Below, one piece after another: positions 37,801-51,530 of a stretch of DNA of 64,000 nucleotides. Source of the stretch: Eledone cirrhosa (lineage: Eukaryota). The DNA is taken from assembly GCA_964016885.1 (NCBI GenBank), contig OZ024740.1, forward strand, positions 202,926,001 through 202,990,000. Direction: 5' to 3'. The notes under the pieces were generated by a model that was not told the origin of the DNA, searched no databases, and worked only from the letters and a program-made list of their open reading frames with translations. Numbering within the stretch: position 1 is the stretch's first letter; each line of letters starts with the position of its first letter. Made by a program: the position numbers and the translations under genes.

Positions 37801-40336
37801 TCTCAAAAGAGAGGTTAGAGTAGCTTCAATAGGAGTTAGTAAGGAGTTAGCCTCAGATAGAAATAGGAAGGAAAGGGAGTTGGTAGATAGTGTAGAAGAG
37901 GCAATTAGAAACAGCCAGTTCTTCGACGCGAAACACGAAGGCTGTGTTGTTCGAAGCAAAATACGTGCTCTGGGAAACGAGGGGACCAAACCTGTTAGCT
38001 GGGCCCGCGTGACAGAAGCCAAAAGTGGGTGATCCTTGAACCTAAGCAGATGTGCGAGGCCTTTCAAAGGCACTTTGCCCGATTGTTCGGAAGGGACGAA
38101 GGGCTGGATGGGGATGTGGACCTCGGTCCATACCTCGACGGCCTGCCGCGTGTTTCGGACGAGGAGGCGAAGTCCTGCGAGAGGCCGATCTCAGCTGCTG
38201 AAATAGAGGAACTGCTGAGCCAATGCGGCAGACGCAAATCTCCGGGCCTCGATGGTCTTCAATACGAACTGTATTTAAGTATGCCGGACTTGTTCTTCGA
38301 TCTCCTCGAAGCGGTCTACTGCAACTGGCAACAGAAAGGGAGCATTCCTAGATCTGTGACCAAGGGCGTAGTCTCGCTAGTGAGGAAGGACGAGAACAAG
38401 GGGGATGAAATAAGTAATTTTAGGCCCATAACACTGCTAAATGCAGAGTTAAAGATTTTGGCCAAGGTGTTAGCAAAGAGGTTGGCAGGTTTCGGGTCCG
38501 CTTTCAGGAGCTGGATCACTGCCATGCACAGTAGCCGCATCTGCTCTAGGGTCAAGGTGAACGGCTACCTCTCGGAGCCGTTCGAAATCACGCGGTCCAT
38601 CCGACAGGGATGCCCTCTCTCCTCCCTTCTGTATGTATTGGCCCTAGAGCCACTGCTGCGGAAGTTGGAGTTGTTACAGGGCATCCCTTTGGAACCGGGA
38701 TTGCGGAAAGCGGTGTCAGCCTACGCCGATGACGTGACAGTAATGGTGTCAACTGCCTCGGAAATCGGAGTGATCGGCACCTTACTGCAGGAATACGAAA
38801 CGTTTACAGGGGCTAAGCTGAACCGGGACAATTCAGTCGGTTTGCAACTCGGCGAGTGGAGGGGCAAACCGATGGCTTCCAACGGCGTCGTCGGACGTTG
38901 GACGGAGGGCCCGGTGAAGTTGCTCGGGGTCTGGTTCGGGCCAGACCTCCAGGTGGAGAAGAACTGGGGTGAGGTATCGAACAGGGTGTTTGCGCTGACG
39001 CGGAAGTGACCTGAGTGCAAACTATCCCTGAAAGGTCAGGCGGAGGTGGCGAACGCTTATATAGCGTCCGTCATCTATTACCGCCTGACCGTCGTGCCTT
39101 GCCCAAGGGAAACGCTCACCAAAATGGAGCGCGCATTCTTCCAATTCCTTTGGAAGAAGCGGGCGGCTCCTTTGGGGAGGAGATCCATCTGCTGTCAACA
39201 CCCTTCGAAAGGAGGCCTGGGGATGGCGTGGCTGTTAATGCGTAAACACGCATTAAGGCTACGGCACCTCCAGGTATTCCTCACCGGTCAACCGGTGTGG
39301 GCCCCGTTTGGGAGGCGAGCCTTTCCGAGACTCGTCTCGCTCACCGAGCTGCAGTCCTGGGTCAAGCAAAGACCGAGAAAACTGGGCGCCTGGCACACCG
39401 AGTGTGCCCATGCGCTCACGGTTCTCTGGCAGGCGAATCTGGCTATCGGTGGAGACTCCACCTCGTCATTCTATAGAGGGCTGGTGGTTAGTAGGTGCGA
39501 CGACGCCCTCGGACAAGCCCTAGGCATGGAGGAAGACGAACTGGCCAGCCTATTCGGGAGGAAATTTGGCCCGGGCCCTATGGACAACTTCCAGAAGTCC
39601 CTGGCCTGGCAGTGCTACCGAGGGGCGCTGCCCGTTCGAGAAAAGCTCTACAGACACGGGTGCCCTGGTAGGGATCCCTCGAAAAAAATCTGTCCCAGAT
39701 GCGTGCGCGACGAGGAAACCGTTGCGCACGCATTGGTACACTGCTCGGGCGTTGCCGATATGTGGGGCTATGTCGAACGACTGCTGTCACAGGTGGAACC
39801 AATCCGGTTGACCACTGAGTCCATTGTAACGATCAAGCCGCCTCCCCCCTTCAAAAATGAAGGAGAGGCGGTCTTCCTCTGTGTAATAGCCATGGTGAAA
39901 GAGGTGGTATGGTGGACACGTTTAAAAGGGCTGAGGTCGGACACCTTTCTCTCCGGCCAACAACTGGTCCTTTTCTTTAAATACCATTTTAAGAGAAGGA
40001 TCAGAATGGAGAGAGAAGTGCTCTACTCCAGCAAGTTTTATGAAATGTGGGTGAAAGTAGCGAGAATAACCCGTGTTAATGGGCCTTCTCTCTTTATCAG
40101 CCTGTAGGTGGAAAGGTGGAAGTGCAAAGGAGCACCCCCTCTCTGTGCTCCTAAGGAAAAGGGTTACACACTTTTTCGAGGGTGTGTGTAACCCCCCAAA
40201 ACGCCTCCTCCCTATTAGGGACTGTATTGTTAATTTTATATTTGTTATTTGTTTTTTTTTTACTCGTTCCTTTATGTAAACTCCCCCCTTGTATTTGTCC
40301 CCTTCTTTTGTGCCCTCGTGGCAAATAAATAGAAAC

Positions 40337-40338
<2 letters not shown>
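34860..40338 (+). mobile_element. Tx1/L1-clade LINE, copy A, decayed
   Basis: ORF1 with CYLCGGRGHLRAAC knuckle; ORF2 from ATG 36981: APE nuclease (LNARGL, SYLDRF), RT (NFRPITLLN, RQGCPLS, AYADD), CPRC..ETVAHALVHC; AATAAA then (TATC)n. Confidence 0.95.
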
Positions 40339-40384
<46 letters not shown>

Positions 40385-40403
40385 ATATCTATCTATCTAT
40401 CTA

Positions 40404-43400
40404 CTTAATTTAAAAATTGTTTTAAAAATTCAAATTTTGCCAGCTATAAAACATGAATAACTCGAAAAGAACGCTAGAGAACGTCGACAGAGAGAAGAGA
40501 GGCAAAGAGGCAGATATTAACGTTATATCTGCTTCTGCCACTATGGACGTCGCCATAGATACGACTGTCAACAACGACAAAAAAATATTACCATTTGAAG
40601 ATTTTTAAATTTCTACCGTCGAAGCGGAGAAAAATAACAATAACACACAGGAAAACACAGGAATTAAACCTATTAACATACATACACATGAAAAAGACAA
40701 CATCAACAACTCGACAGATACATCTACACATAAAGTTTCACCTCGTCAAGGAATTGAGATTTCCAACACCGAGGCTAACAACGATAACAACAACAACAAC
40801 AACAGCAACACCACACACAAAAAAAATGTCTTTCGCTGAAACAGTGAACAAAAAACAAGATTTTATAAATCTTGATATCTCCAACGCAAGAGATATGCTC
40901 CAGCAAGGGAGAAAATTTGTAACTTTCGAAGAAAGAGGTGGGTTTAGAATTAACTCACCCCTTGAAATAAAGGAAGAGACAATTCGCAGATCAGTCACCT
41001 TTAGGACTGTGTCAAATTCCGCAAGAAAGCCGACATTTGTTAACCAAGCAGATATAGAAGATACTTTCAAGGAAATTCTCGCAAATGTTGATTTTCTCCA
41101 GCGAGGAAAACAGTACGGAAGTGTTTCCGTACTGTTTAAAAGCGAGGCACTCGCCCCAAAACACTCTGTGACACCAATGGTGTCAAAAGCATACACCTTT
41201 TTCCCTACATACATGGGGAAAAAGACACAAAAAATAAAAATAAAAAACATACCTCCAAACATTAACATCTGGTGGATCTTGACTGGCTTCGTAGAGCCAG
41301 AAACTGATATGATTCTTTCGATACGAAAATCTATTCGACAAAGGTGGGCGGGCACAGATTTGGAGATTATGTTGCAAATGAAACCGGAGAGAATCTCCAA
41401 AATACCCGAAAGAGTCGTTATCGATAATAACAACAAAATAAACATTTCGGTAGAAGGACGAAAATTTCATTGCTTTCGCTGTGGTAGCACACCACACCTA
41501 AAAGCCTCTTGTCCACAAACACACAACAACATCATTAAAAAAACATTATTACCAACACCAACACCAAAACAACCACCACCACCACGAGTACAACGACAGA
41601 CGAAACGAGCAACCACACCAAAACAAACAGACACTCAACCAACAACAACAGAAAAAACAGAGACAACACCCCTGAAGAACACAGCCCCACGTCATCCCAC
41701 TCCATCAAACACTACCACAAACACAAACACCGAAACACCACCACCACACAACATACCCTTACCCACACACCTGACGATGATTATTCATCGACGGATGAAG
41801 CTGCTTCTCCTTCTTTAAGTGAAGAAGAGGGAGAACCGCGGAAATCTAAAAAAACAAAAGAAAGAGGCACCACAAAACCCACAAAACTCCAATCACCAAC
41901 ACCAACACACAACCACAGACACAAACAACAACACAAACAACACCACAGTCAAACATCTCCCTATCAGCAAAACCAGCACCAACACCACCCCAAACACAAG
42001 CACCCACCATAAAAATAAAACTCCCGGACGAACAACAAACTAAAACAACACAACAAAAACACAAACAACAATACGCATACATCAACACAAACAACAAGAG
42101 TTTGATGGAGGTCATCTCCCAAAACCCCAAGGTGGAGACGGAGGGCAAAACTTTCGTCAAGGCAGAATCGTCTCCACGCCTTAAACTTATAAGGGTTTCT
42201 ATGGAAACCTATAATGATCTAACAAATAAATTTTCACAGGACGTGGGTAACCCCTGCCACAAACCCATCAACCGCGTCCTGTTAAAATGTTTCCCCACCC
42301 CACCCAACACCCAATCCAGCACCCAATGGAGATTGAACAACCCGATCTCCAGGAAACGAGAAGGTAAGTGCACCTTTCGTCCTTTTTCTCCAACTTTTCT
42401 TCACCAACATGGCTAGTTTACGAGTTGGAACCGTGAATGTGCGTGGCCTAGGGATGCCCTGGAAACAGGGCCAACTTTTAAACGACCTTAGGTCACACAG
42501 TATGGATGTGATAGCCATCACCGGGTCCAGGATCCACAACAGGCAGCAACTAAACCCCCATCTTCGACGACTTTGAGATCTATGCATCCCTCTGTCAGCC
42601 AGGAGGTGGAGGTGGAGTGGCTGTCATGTTTCGGAAGAACCTGGACGTCGAAGTACAGCAAGTACACTTGGACCCGGAGGGTAGACTGGTAGTCCTAGAC
42701 GTGAACAGTATTGGAGGTGGAGCCTTCAGACTGGTGGACGTTTATGCCCTGACCGGGCAATCGCAATCACGGCCAGACTTCTTTAAGCGTCTAGAGTGGG
42801 GGACTGGAATGGTATCCTAGATGCACGATGGGACTATGTGAGAGCATGTCCCAGTAGAGCGGGGTGCAACAGCCTCAAAACTTTAATCGGCCAATTCCAA
42901 CTGGCTGATAGGTATCGACTGGATTTCCCGACTGCACCACAGTGGACGTGGGCAAACCGCAGTGGGACATCTAGATCGTATTTAGATAGGTTCTTCATTA
43001 GAGAAAGGGACAAGGAGATGTTAAGCTGTCCACGAATGCACATGGTTGCCTATTCAGATCACAAGTTAGTCGTCTGCTTAGTCAACCGTGATAGAATACA
43101 TAGACAGGGTCCCGGATACTGGAAGCTGAACGAGTCGTTGCTGGCACGTAAAGCTTACAGTGAACGGATAAGTAGACTAGTCAAGCCACAGTTAACGGGA
43201 GCCATCGTCAACAATAGATGGTGGTACTCTCTCAAGAAAGCAATCAGAATAGAATCGATAGGGTATAGCAGAGAGTTAGCCTTAGAGAAAAACAGAATAG
43301 AAAGAGAACTAGTAGCCAAGGTAGAGGAGGCACTTAGAAGTGGCAACGCGGCTAGAGTGTTAGCGTCGAGAACGGCACTGGACCAGTTCTTCGATGCGAA

Positions 43401-45492
43401 ACACGAAGGCTGCGTGGTCAGAAGCAAAACACGTGCTCTAGGAAACGAAGGAGCGAAAGCTGTCAGCTGGGCCCGATTGGTGGAGGTAAAAAGTGGCAAC
43501 AAGTCCACAATTCGGTCTTTGAAAGACAAAACGGACGCGTGCTACTTGACCCCAAGCAAATGTGCGCGGCCTTTCAGCGGCACTTTGCGCGACTGTTTGA
43601 GCAGAACGACGGTGAACCGAACGGGGCAATGGACTTTAGTTCATACCTCGACGGCCTGCCGCGTCTCTCAAACACGGACGCCGAGTTCTGCGAAAGACCG
43701 ATCACGGACACTGAGATACGGGACGCTCTGGGCCGCTGCGGGAAACGCAAGTCACCCGGTCTAGATGGTCTACCCTACGAGTTTTACATAGGCATGCCGG
43801 ACTTGTTCTCCGACGTCCTCGAAGCCGTCTACTGCAATTGGCAGCAGAACGGGAGAATTCCTAGTTCTGCAGGCAAGGGCGTAGTAACGCTGATCAGGAA
43901 AGACGAGAACAAGGGGGACGAAATTAACAACTTCAGGCCCATAACTCTGCTTAACACAGAGTTAAAGATTTTGGCCAAGGTGCTAGCAACGAGGTTGGCG
44001 CTTGTCGTCGAGAACCTGGTAGGGAAAGCGCAAACGTGTGCAATCCCGACCAGGTCTATACACGACAACCTTCACCTCATGCGATATATCATAGAGAGGG
44101 TGGGTAGTAAACCCGGCTTCGGTGGGGCTCTGATCAACTTGGATCAGTCTAAGGCATTCGATAGGGTCGACCATCGATACTTGGAAGCGGTTCTCAAGGC
44201 GGCCGGTTTCGGTCCCGTGTTCAGAGGATGGATCGAGGCGATGCACACCAGCATCTGCTCGAGGGTCAAGGTGAACGACTACCTATCGGAGCCGTTCGCA
44301 ATCACGCGTTCCATTCGACAGGGGTGCCCTCTCTCCTCCATTCTGTATGTATTGACTCTAGAACCACTACTGCGAAAATTGGAGCTGTTGCAGGGCATCC
44401 CTCTGGAACCGGGACTACGCAAAGCGGCGTCGGCTTATGCCGACGACGTGATGGTAATGGTGTCGAGCACCTCGGAAATCGGGGTGATCGGCAACTTACT
44501 GAAAGAATACGAAACGGTGACGGGAGCAAAACTAAACCCGGACAAGTCGGTCGGTTTGCAACTCGATACGTAGAGAGGTAAACCGATGACGTTCGACAGC
44601 GTCGTTGGACGCTGGACGGAGGGACCGGTGAAATTGCTCGGGGTCTGGTTCGGTCCAGACCTCCAGGTGGAGAAAAACTGGAACGAGGTCACGGCCAAGG
44701 TGTTTGCACTCACCCAGAAGTGGGCAGAGTGCAAACTGTCCTTGAAAGGTCGAGCGGAGGTGGCGAACACTTTCATAGCGTCCGTTATCTACTACCGCTT
44801 GACTGTCGTGCCTTGTCCTCGTGAACACCTCGCCAAGATGGAACGCATCCTCTTCCAGTTTCTGTGGAAGAAGCAGGCTCCGCTGGTGAGGAGATCCGTC
44901 TGCTGTCAGCACCCTTCCAACGGAGGGCTGGGAATGCCGTGGGTGATGATGCGCAAACATGCGCTGAGGCTGCGGCATCTCCAGGTATTCCTCACCGACC
45001 CCCAACCGGTGTGGGCACCGTTTGTGAGACAGGCTTTCCCATAGCTCGTCTCGCTGACGGAGCTGCAGTCCTGGGTGAAGAAAAGACCGAAAACGATGGG
45101 CGCCTGGCACATTGAATGTGCTCAGGCGTTCAAAGTCCTCTGGAAAGCGGATGCAGCAATCAGTGGAGACTCCACTTCGACATTCTATAGAGGGATTGTA
45201 CGTTACAATGGCGACGACGTGCTCGGAGAGACTCTGGGCGTCGAAGACGATGAGCTCACCAGTCTATTTGGTAGGACTTTCCGCCCGGGAACTATGGACA
45301 ATTTCCAGAGGTCCTTGACATGGCAGAGCTACCGAGGAGCTCTACCGGTTCGTGACAAGATCTACAGGCACGGACGCCCCGGCAGGGATCCTTCCAAGAA
45401 GACGTATCCAAGATGCGCGCAGGACATTGAAACAGTCCTGCACGCAATTGTACACTGCCCGGGCGTAACTGACCTGTGGAACTATGCAGAAC
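40404..45492 (+). mobile_element. Tx1/L1-clade LINE, copy B, 3' end interrupted
   Basis: ORF1 CFRCGSTPHLKASC; ORF2 from ATG 42409 with GDWN, YSDH, DQSKAFDRVDH, AYADD; breaks at DLWNYAE into the 660-bp repeat. Confidence 0.95.
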
Positions 45493-46153
45493 TAATAGCA
45501 TAGTACTTGTCAAAATGACGAGGTTTATAGAAAGAAAAATATTAAAAACTTAATATTTCATTAATTTCTATATAAATCAAGCATGACTTCTCCATTTTCT
45601 TTGACATTCTCCTTCTAGTTACTTCGTTTATCAACATGTTTTAGTTTACATCCATTTATATCAATTACAACGATTTTCTGACATATTCTTTAATCATTAT
45701 CATACATATATCCACTAAATCACGAGGAATTTGTTTTATCTATCTATCTATCTATCTAACTATCTATCCCTTCTTTAGGTACCACTTTAGAAGGAGAATC
45801 AGAATGGAGAGAGAGGCACTGCACCCCAGTAAATTTACTGATAGGTGGGGGAATGAAGCGAAAATGGCCCGGGTGATTGGGCCTTCTCTATATAAACCTG
45901 TAGGTTGAAGAAGAGAGCAAAAGGAAGAAAGGAGCACTTGCACAACACGCTCCTGGAGTTGAGGGTTGTTCTATCGACGGGGTATTAAACAACCCATTTG
46001 TGGTGCCTCCCCCCTATTGTGGATTTCGATTGTTGTAATTGTTTGTTTTTATATTTTTTACACGACTGTATGTAAAATCCCCGGCATGTCTTTGTATTGT
46101 CCCCTTTTCTTGTGCGCCCTTGCGGCAAATAAAGAAATATATCTATCTATCTA
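45493..46153 (+). repeat. ~660-bp direct repeat, copy 2
   Basis: Matches 34194-34854; followed by another ~45-bp Tx1 3' stub (46170-46220). Confidence 0.95.
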
Positions 46154-46278
46154 CTTATCTATCTACGTATGTTCCACTTTTGATGCCCTAGTGGCAAATA
46201 AAAGAAATATATCTATCTACGTATGTATCTGTCTGTCTATCTGTCTATATTAGAATGCACGCACATTCATACATATAT

Positions 46279-46313
<35 letters not shown>

Positions 46314-46509
46314 TATATATATATATACATATATACATATGTGCATACACACTTATATACACACACGCTCACATACATAAATTCATACACAAACGTACAC
46401 ATACATACACACATACATACGCACATACACAAACACACACGTACATTCACACATACATGCAAACATAAACACATACATACATACACACATACATACATAC
46501 ATACATACA

Positions 46510-46895
46510 TGGTGGCTGCCAACTCGTTTTCGAGTACGGCCACTACTTTATATCCATGTAGGAGAACCCCTACCGAAGCGCTGAACGAGTGTGACTTTTT
46601 GTCCAGCCAGCGACTTGAAACCTCTGGTACAAACACTACACTTGTGACAATTATTGACACATAGTGCTGGGCCCATGGTACCATGTGAGGACAAGTGCAG
46701 AGAGATCTCCAGATATAAAGCAATGCCTGTGCCGTGAAGCTTTTATAGTGAGCAAAGGCACTGCACAAAGCCAGTCCCACTCTCTTAACCAAGATGATAT
46801 TTACCAAAAAGAAGAACAAGTCAACATCATTGGATACCATCAGGGTTGCAGGTGTTATATCAGAGTTTTCCTTCTCCTAGAATTCTGCCTTGACA
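46510..46895 (-). mobile_element. Short non-autonomous RTE derivative
   Basis: Inverted near-identical copy of 14869-15256, flanked by (CATA)n. Confidence 0.85.
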
Positions 46896-47392
46896 AATAC
46901 ATACATACATACATACATACATACATACATGATGATGATGATGATGGCTGCCCCCTCGTTATCGAGTATGGCCATTGCACGATATACCATTATTAATAAT
47001 TATTAATTAATTCTATCGTATACATACATACATACATACATTTTCCTTGATGTTTTACTCGTACGCTTTGCTACGTTCGATATATTTCAAATTTAGACTT
47101 GGAGTTATCATAAAGTCTTTTTTTTTCTCACTTCAAGTAAAGATTTTGCTTTTCCACACAATCTGTCAGAGAATTACCGCAGTTCTATAAATGATTTTGC
47201 ATCATATGTTTTATATGCATGTCAAATATTTAGTTGAAGCAGCAATGCAGATTAAAGTTGTTTATGGTGTTAACATACTACTGCGTGTAGCACAGCTGTT
47301 TCGAATGGTTAAAAAATTCACTTCTCAATCATAAGGTCCCTAGTTCGACTTACTGCGTGTCAGCTTGGGCAAGTGTCATTTACCATAGTTTC

Positions 47393-47474
<82 letters not shown>

Positions 47475-47706
47475 TATATATACCCTTCCACCACCTGTTT
47501 ACCCCCCTTTTAATTTCAGTTTATTTTGATCATGCCTTTATTTTAAATTTTCTCATTCCTTGTATTTTGATCATGCTTTATTTTTATTTTTTATATATTT
47601 TTTGTCTTTATTTGTTAATTTTTCATTCGCACCGTTTCCTTTCGCTATATGTCTCTCCACCACTCCCCTACACACCTTTTGAACTCTGTTCCCACACACT
47701 TCTCAC

Positions 47707-47737
47707 CTGAGGAAGGGCTTATGCCCGAAACATCGTC
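47707..47737 (+). ncRNA. Degenerate hammerhead motif
   Basis: CTGAGGA A GGGC-TTAT-GCCC GAAAC ATC GTC; stem I not supported. Confidence 0.5.
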
Positions 47738-47823
47738 CCCCACCTACCCCCCACTCTCCTGAGCGTGAATTTAATAAACATTTATTGTACTGCCTCTCTG
47801 TTCTGTCCCTGTTCAAATTTTTC

Positions 47824-47860
<37 letters not shown>

Positions 47861-47985
47861 GTGTGTACGCTGTCGAAACGGCCGGAGCTCAGCCGTCGGG
47901 GGCCTGACTCTTTTCCTATTACCGCGTACTCTGGTGCGTTATGGTCCATATGGTTTCTGGTTTCTTAACACACTTTCTTTGTTGT

Positions 47986-48030
<45 letters not shown>

Positions 48031-48038
<8 letters not shown>

Positions 48039-48257
48039 TAAAATAATAGATTAAAGTTTAAGCAAAGAATCGCTGCTTTCACCCTTAACGGGATCTTCTG
48101 AGTTTCAGAAGATCCCGTTAAGGGTGAAAGCAGCGATTCTTTGCTTAAACTTTAATCTGTTATTTTAATAGATATTTGCTCTACGGTTCTTATATATTTG
48201 ATATATATTTTCCTTATCGAGCCCTCTTTGGATTTTAGTCTTCAATTTTATTATTAT

Positions 48258-48262
<5 letters not shown>
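48031..48262 (+). mobile_element. Solo Penelope pseudo-LTR with inverted duplication (~70-bp-arm palindrome)
   Basis: Arms 48031-48101 and 48105-48175; 48101-48262 is the reverse complement of 32661-32818. Confidence 0.88.
48101..48151 (+). ncRNA. Hammerhead fold with non-canonical CAGAAGA core
   Basis: AGTTT CAGAAGA T CCC-GTTAA-GGG T GAA AGCA-GCGATTCTT-TGCT T AAACT; all three stems pair. Confidence 0.65.
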
Positions 48263-48310
<48 letters not shown>

Positions 48311-48320
48311 CATACATACA

Positions 48321-49026
48321 TGATGGCTGCCTCCTCGTTATCGAGTATGGCTATTGCACGACATACCATTATTAATAATTATTAATTAATTCAAACCCCG
48401 CCGAGGTTGACTTTACCTTTCATCCTTACGGGGTCGATAAAATAAAGTACCCGTAATGCACTGGGTAATGGCTGGCCTTGTGCCTAAAGTAGAAACAATT
48501 AATTAATTCTATCATGCAATGCCTGTGCGTGAAGATATTTTTTTAAAGTGAGGAAAAACTGTGCACTGAGCCAATCCCACTCTCTGAGCGACAGTAACTA
48601 TAACCCGAAAAGAAGAAAAGATCAACATCGCTGGTAACTACTGAGTCGCAGGTTTTATATCGGAGTTATCACAGTTTTCTGAGTGGCCTTCTCCTATAAG
48701 AATGCCCTGACAAAGGCTAGGAGTCCTTCACTCCCAGTGGTTTAACCGCGCGATCGGGTGTCCAGCCCGACTATTTCTATGTCCCCGCGCATATACATAC
48801 ATATGTACATGTGTATATACATATTTACACACTTTTGGATGGCCATTGAGTCTTATGAGTTCTTCCGCCCTTTGTCAGGTTTTGTTTTTTGTCCTGCAGG
48901 GTGTGCAAAATCACCCTCCTCACCAAGTAAACTTGGTAGGGTTGCTGGTTTAGTCGCCGACGACGCGACCATGCGACAGGTTGTACTGGGTTACATGTTA
49001 CCAGTAGCACTCAAGAGTGACCCGAC
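48321..49026 (-). mobile_element. RTE-derived short element with a nested SINE (48392-48497, + strand)
   Basis: Homologous to 14745-15045. SINE flanked by ATTAATTAATT duplications; an uninterrupted version of the site is at 46943-47017. Confidence 0.7.
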
Positions 49027-49055
49027 ATACATACATATATAATACATACATATAT

Positions 49056-49164
49056 AGTAATAATAAGTGTGAAGACTAAAATCCGAAGAGATTGTTTTTT
49101 TTAGTTTCAGAAAATCCCGTTAAGGGTGAAAGCAGTGATTCTTTGCTTAAACTTTAATCTGTTC

Positions 49165-49168
<4 letters not shown>
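49056..49168 (+). mobile_element. Penelope pseudo-LTR relic
   Basis: Same family as 48101; core reads CAGAAAA. Confidence 0.75.
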
Positions 49169-49234
<66 letters not shown>

Positions 49235-49235
<1 letters not shown>

Positions 49236-50593
49236 TAGCAGTGTATCCCTGCGTTGCACGTGTAAGAACATTGGTAATAGCACCTCCAATGAGAAACGTT
49301 TATTTGTGAGTGCCTGTTAAAACTCTCGAAATTATACCGACAGGAAACTTGTTTTATTTGGAGAAAATTAAGAAGTTGAAAGTACAGTTTAGCTGTCTAC
49401 GTGCATTGTTCATAGAAATATTGTTGAGCCCCTTCTGTTCATACTCCTCTGTTTTGGCCTATTGGAGTAAATGTGAAAGAGAAAGTCACAGGTTCAGTTG
49501 GCAGAAGGTTCCAGTGCCATAGCAGTAAGGCGTAGGCTACTTACCTCAAAAGTTCATTCGCACTCTTTCCACTAAGTTACTCTTTCTCTCTATCCCTCGC
49601 GTAGGCCTGGTGGAGATTTGCACCCGATCCATCTGCCCGATGCACATGTCCGCTTTGTGCGGCTTTTGGAGGAAGGAGTGACCAGCAGTACGTTGTTCGG
49701 TATTATTATGAAAAGGCGTAGCAGAGAATCCCGCGTGAACTAATAGCTCGGGAGGAAACTACTTACCTCGAAAATTCATTCGCCATCGTTCTTGTCAACG
49801 CTCCGTTTAGTTGGTATTTGTTGGTCTACAGTTAGATGAATGGCGCACAAAGGGTTAATGTTTATTGGCAAGAAGTTTTTTGATTAATAAAAGACGGGTT
49901 AAAGCGACTACAATGTATCATTCTGCGTTGATGTTAGCGGTTTTCGTTATTGTCAATGGGATTTTGGACGGCAAATTCGAGACCCTTCTGTTTCTCCCTC
50001 AATAAACTGACTACTATGAAGACCATTCCATGTTGGCCTGCGAATGGAAATGTAGAACGCAAAGGTGAAAGGTCAGTGGTAATGGGAGTCCTATGTAGCA
50101 GCAGTAACATTGCTTTCACCATTAATGGGATCTTCTGAAACTAAAAATATTCATCTGTGAACGCAGAAGTAAATATTTCGAAAAACGTTGCAACAGAACG
50201 AAAACAGGAAGACGATACTTTGGTTTGTGAAGACGTTCCTTGGCAATGAACAGAAAATAGCGAAGAAAATACGTCATCAATGAGAACAATATTTGTCATA
50301 ATGTCGTAATGCAGACATACAGACAGATATTATAAGGGCGCGGTCTTATAGCTATATATCTATCTAAAAAGACAGATTAATAAAGAGAGGGAGATCGATA
50401 ACCGGCGCCTAACACGCCTTTAACAACAGAAAATTGAAAAATAAAAGCTGCAGATAATATCTTTAGACCGCAAAGAATATATAAATGCAAGTTTGAAGTC
50501 AATCGGAGTAGAAATGTGGATTTGTATAGACTTTACAAAACTTAGGGGACACACACACACACAGACAATTTCAATTTTATATATATGTATAGA
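49235..50593 (-). mobile_element. Non-autonomous Helitron containing a Penelope fragment (50110-50285)
   Basis: A|TCTATAC..ATAAAATTG 5' end; CTAG|T 3' end with decayed hairpin similar to 7877-7904. Confidence 0.65.
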
Positions 50594-51011
50594 TATATAC
50601 CTTCTCTACTCCTATATATGGTAAAGATCAAAACCTTCACCTATACCAATGATCAGAGAATAATTGTTCTACATCACAACACACAAATTGATAGTGTGAA
50701 ACTCTTTACCCCCACTCCATCTCATCTCTACTATCACACTAAATTACTGTATTTCATGGTATTTTTAACATTTTCTTAAACGAAAATCTCATTACTGAAT
50801 TTTACCTCGTAGTGAATAGTTGAATTCCACTATTATAGGCTTTCTGATGAAGTGTAATAAATAATTAACTATTGCATATGATTGAACAATATATATATTG
50901 TAGTCATCATATGTAGACAATTTATAATAGACAGAGAAACATATGTTAAAGCAAATAAATTATTAATCTCTTTCACGCCGACGTTTTATTTTTCTTGGTG
51001 CAATACTTGCT

Positions 51012-51042
<31 letters not shown>

Positions 51043-51147
51043 ATGTGTGTGTGTATCCCGAGTTCAATCGGGGGTAACCACAGTAAGTAACGTACTCAAT
51101 ACATATCAATTTCTATATTGATTATGTATATTTATACATACATACAA

Positions 51148-51248
<101 letters not shown>

Positions 51249-51469
51249 AATATACATAATCAATATATATATATATATATAATATATATATATATATATA
51301 ATATATATATATAATATATATATATATATATAAGCAAAAGGGATATTCAATTTGTTGGTAATTCAACAAATATAAATGTTTATAACTGATTCAGAGCACT
51401 CGACAGTTTTCTGGAGTATAATTTTCAATGATATTAAATAAATCGAAACTATATTTATAAAACCATATA

Positions 51470-51530
51470 TATTCTATTATATATATTTCAAGAGTACCAA
51501 AACTTTGGTTCGCTTTCATCAGATAAAATA
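51470..51530 (-). ncRNA. Hammerhead motif (mirror of 51666)
   Basis: TATTTTAT CTGATGA AAGCGAACCAAAGTTTTGGTACTCTT GAAA TATATAT A ATAGAATA. Confidence 0.7.
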
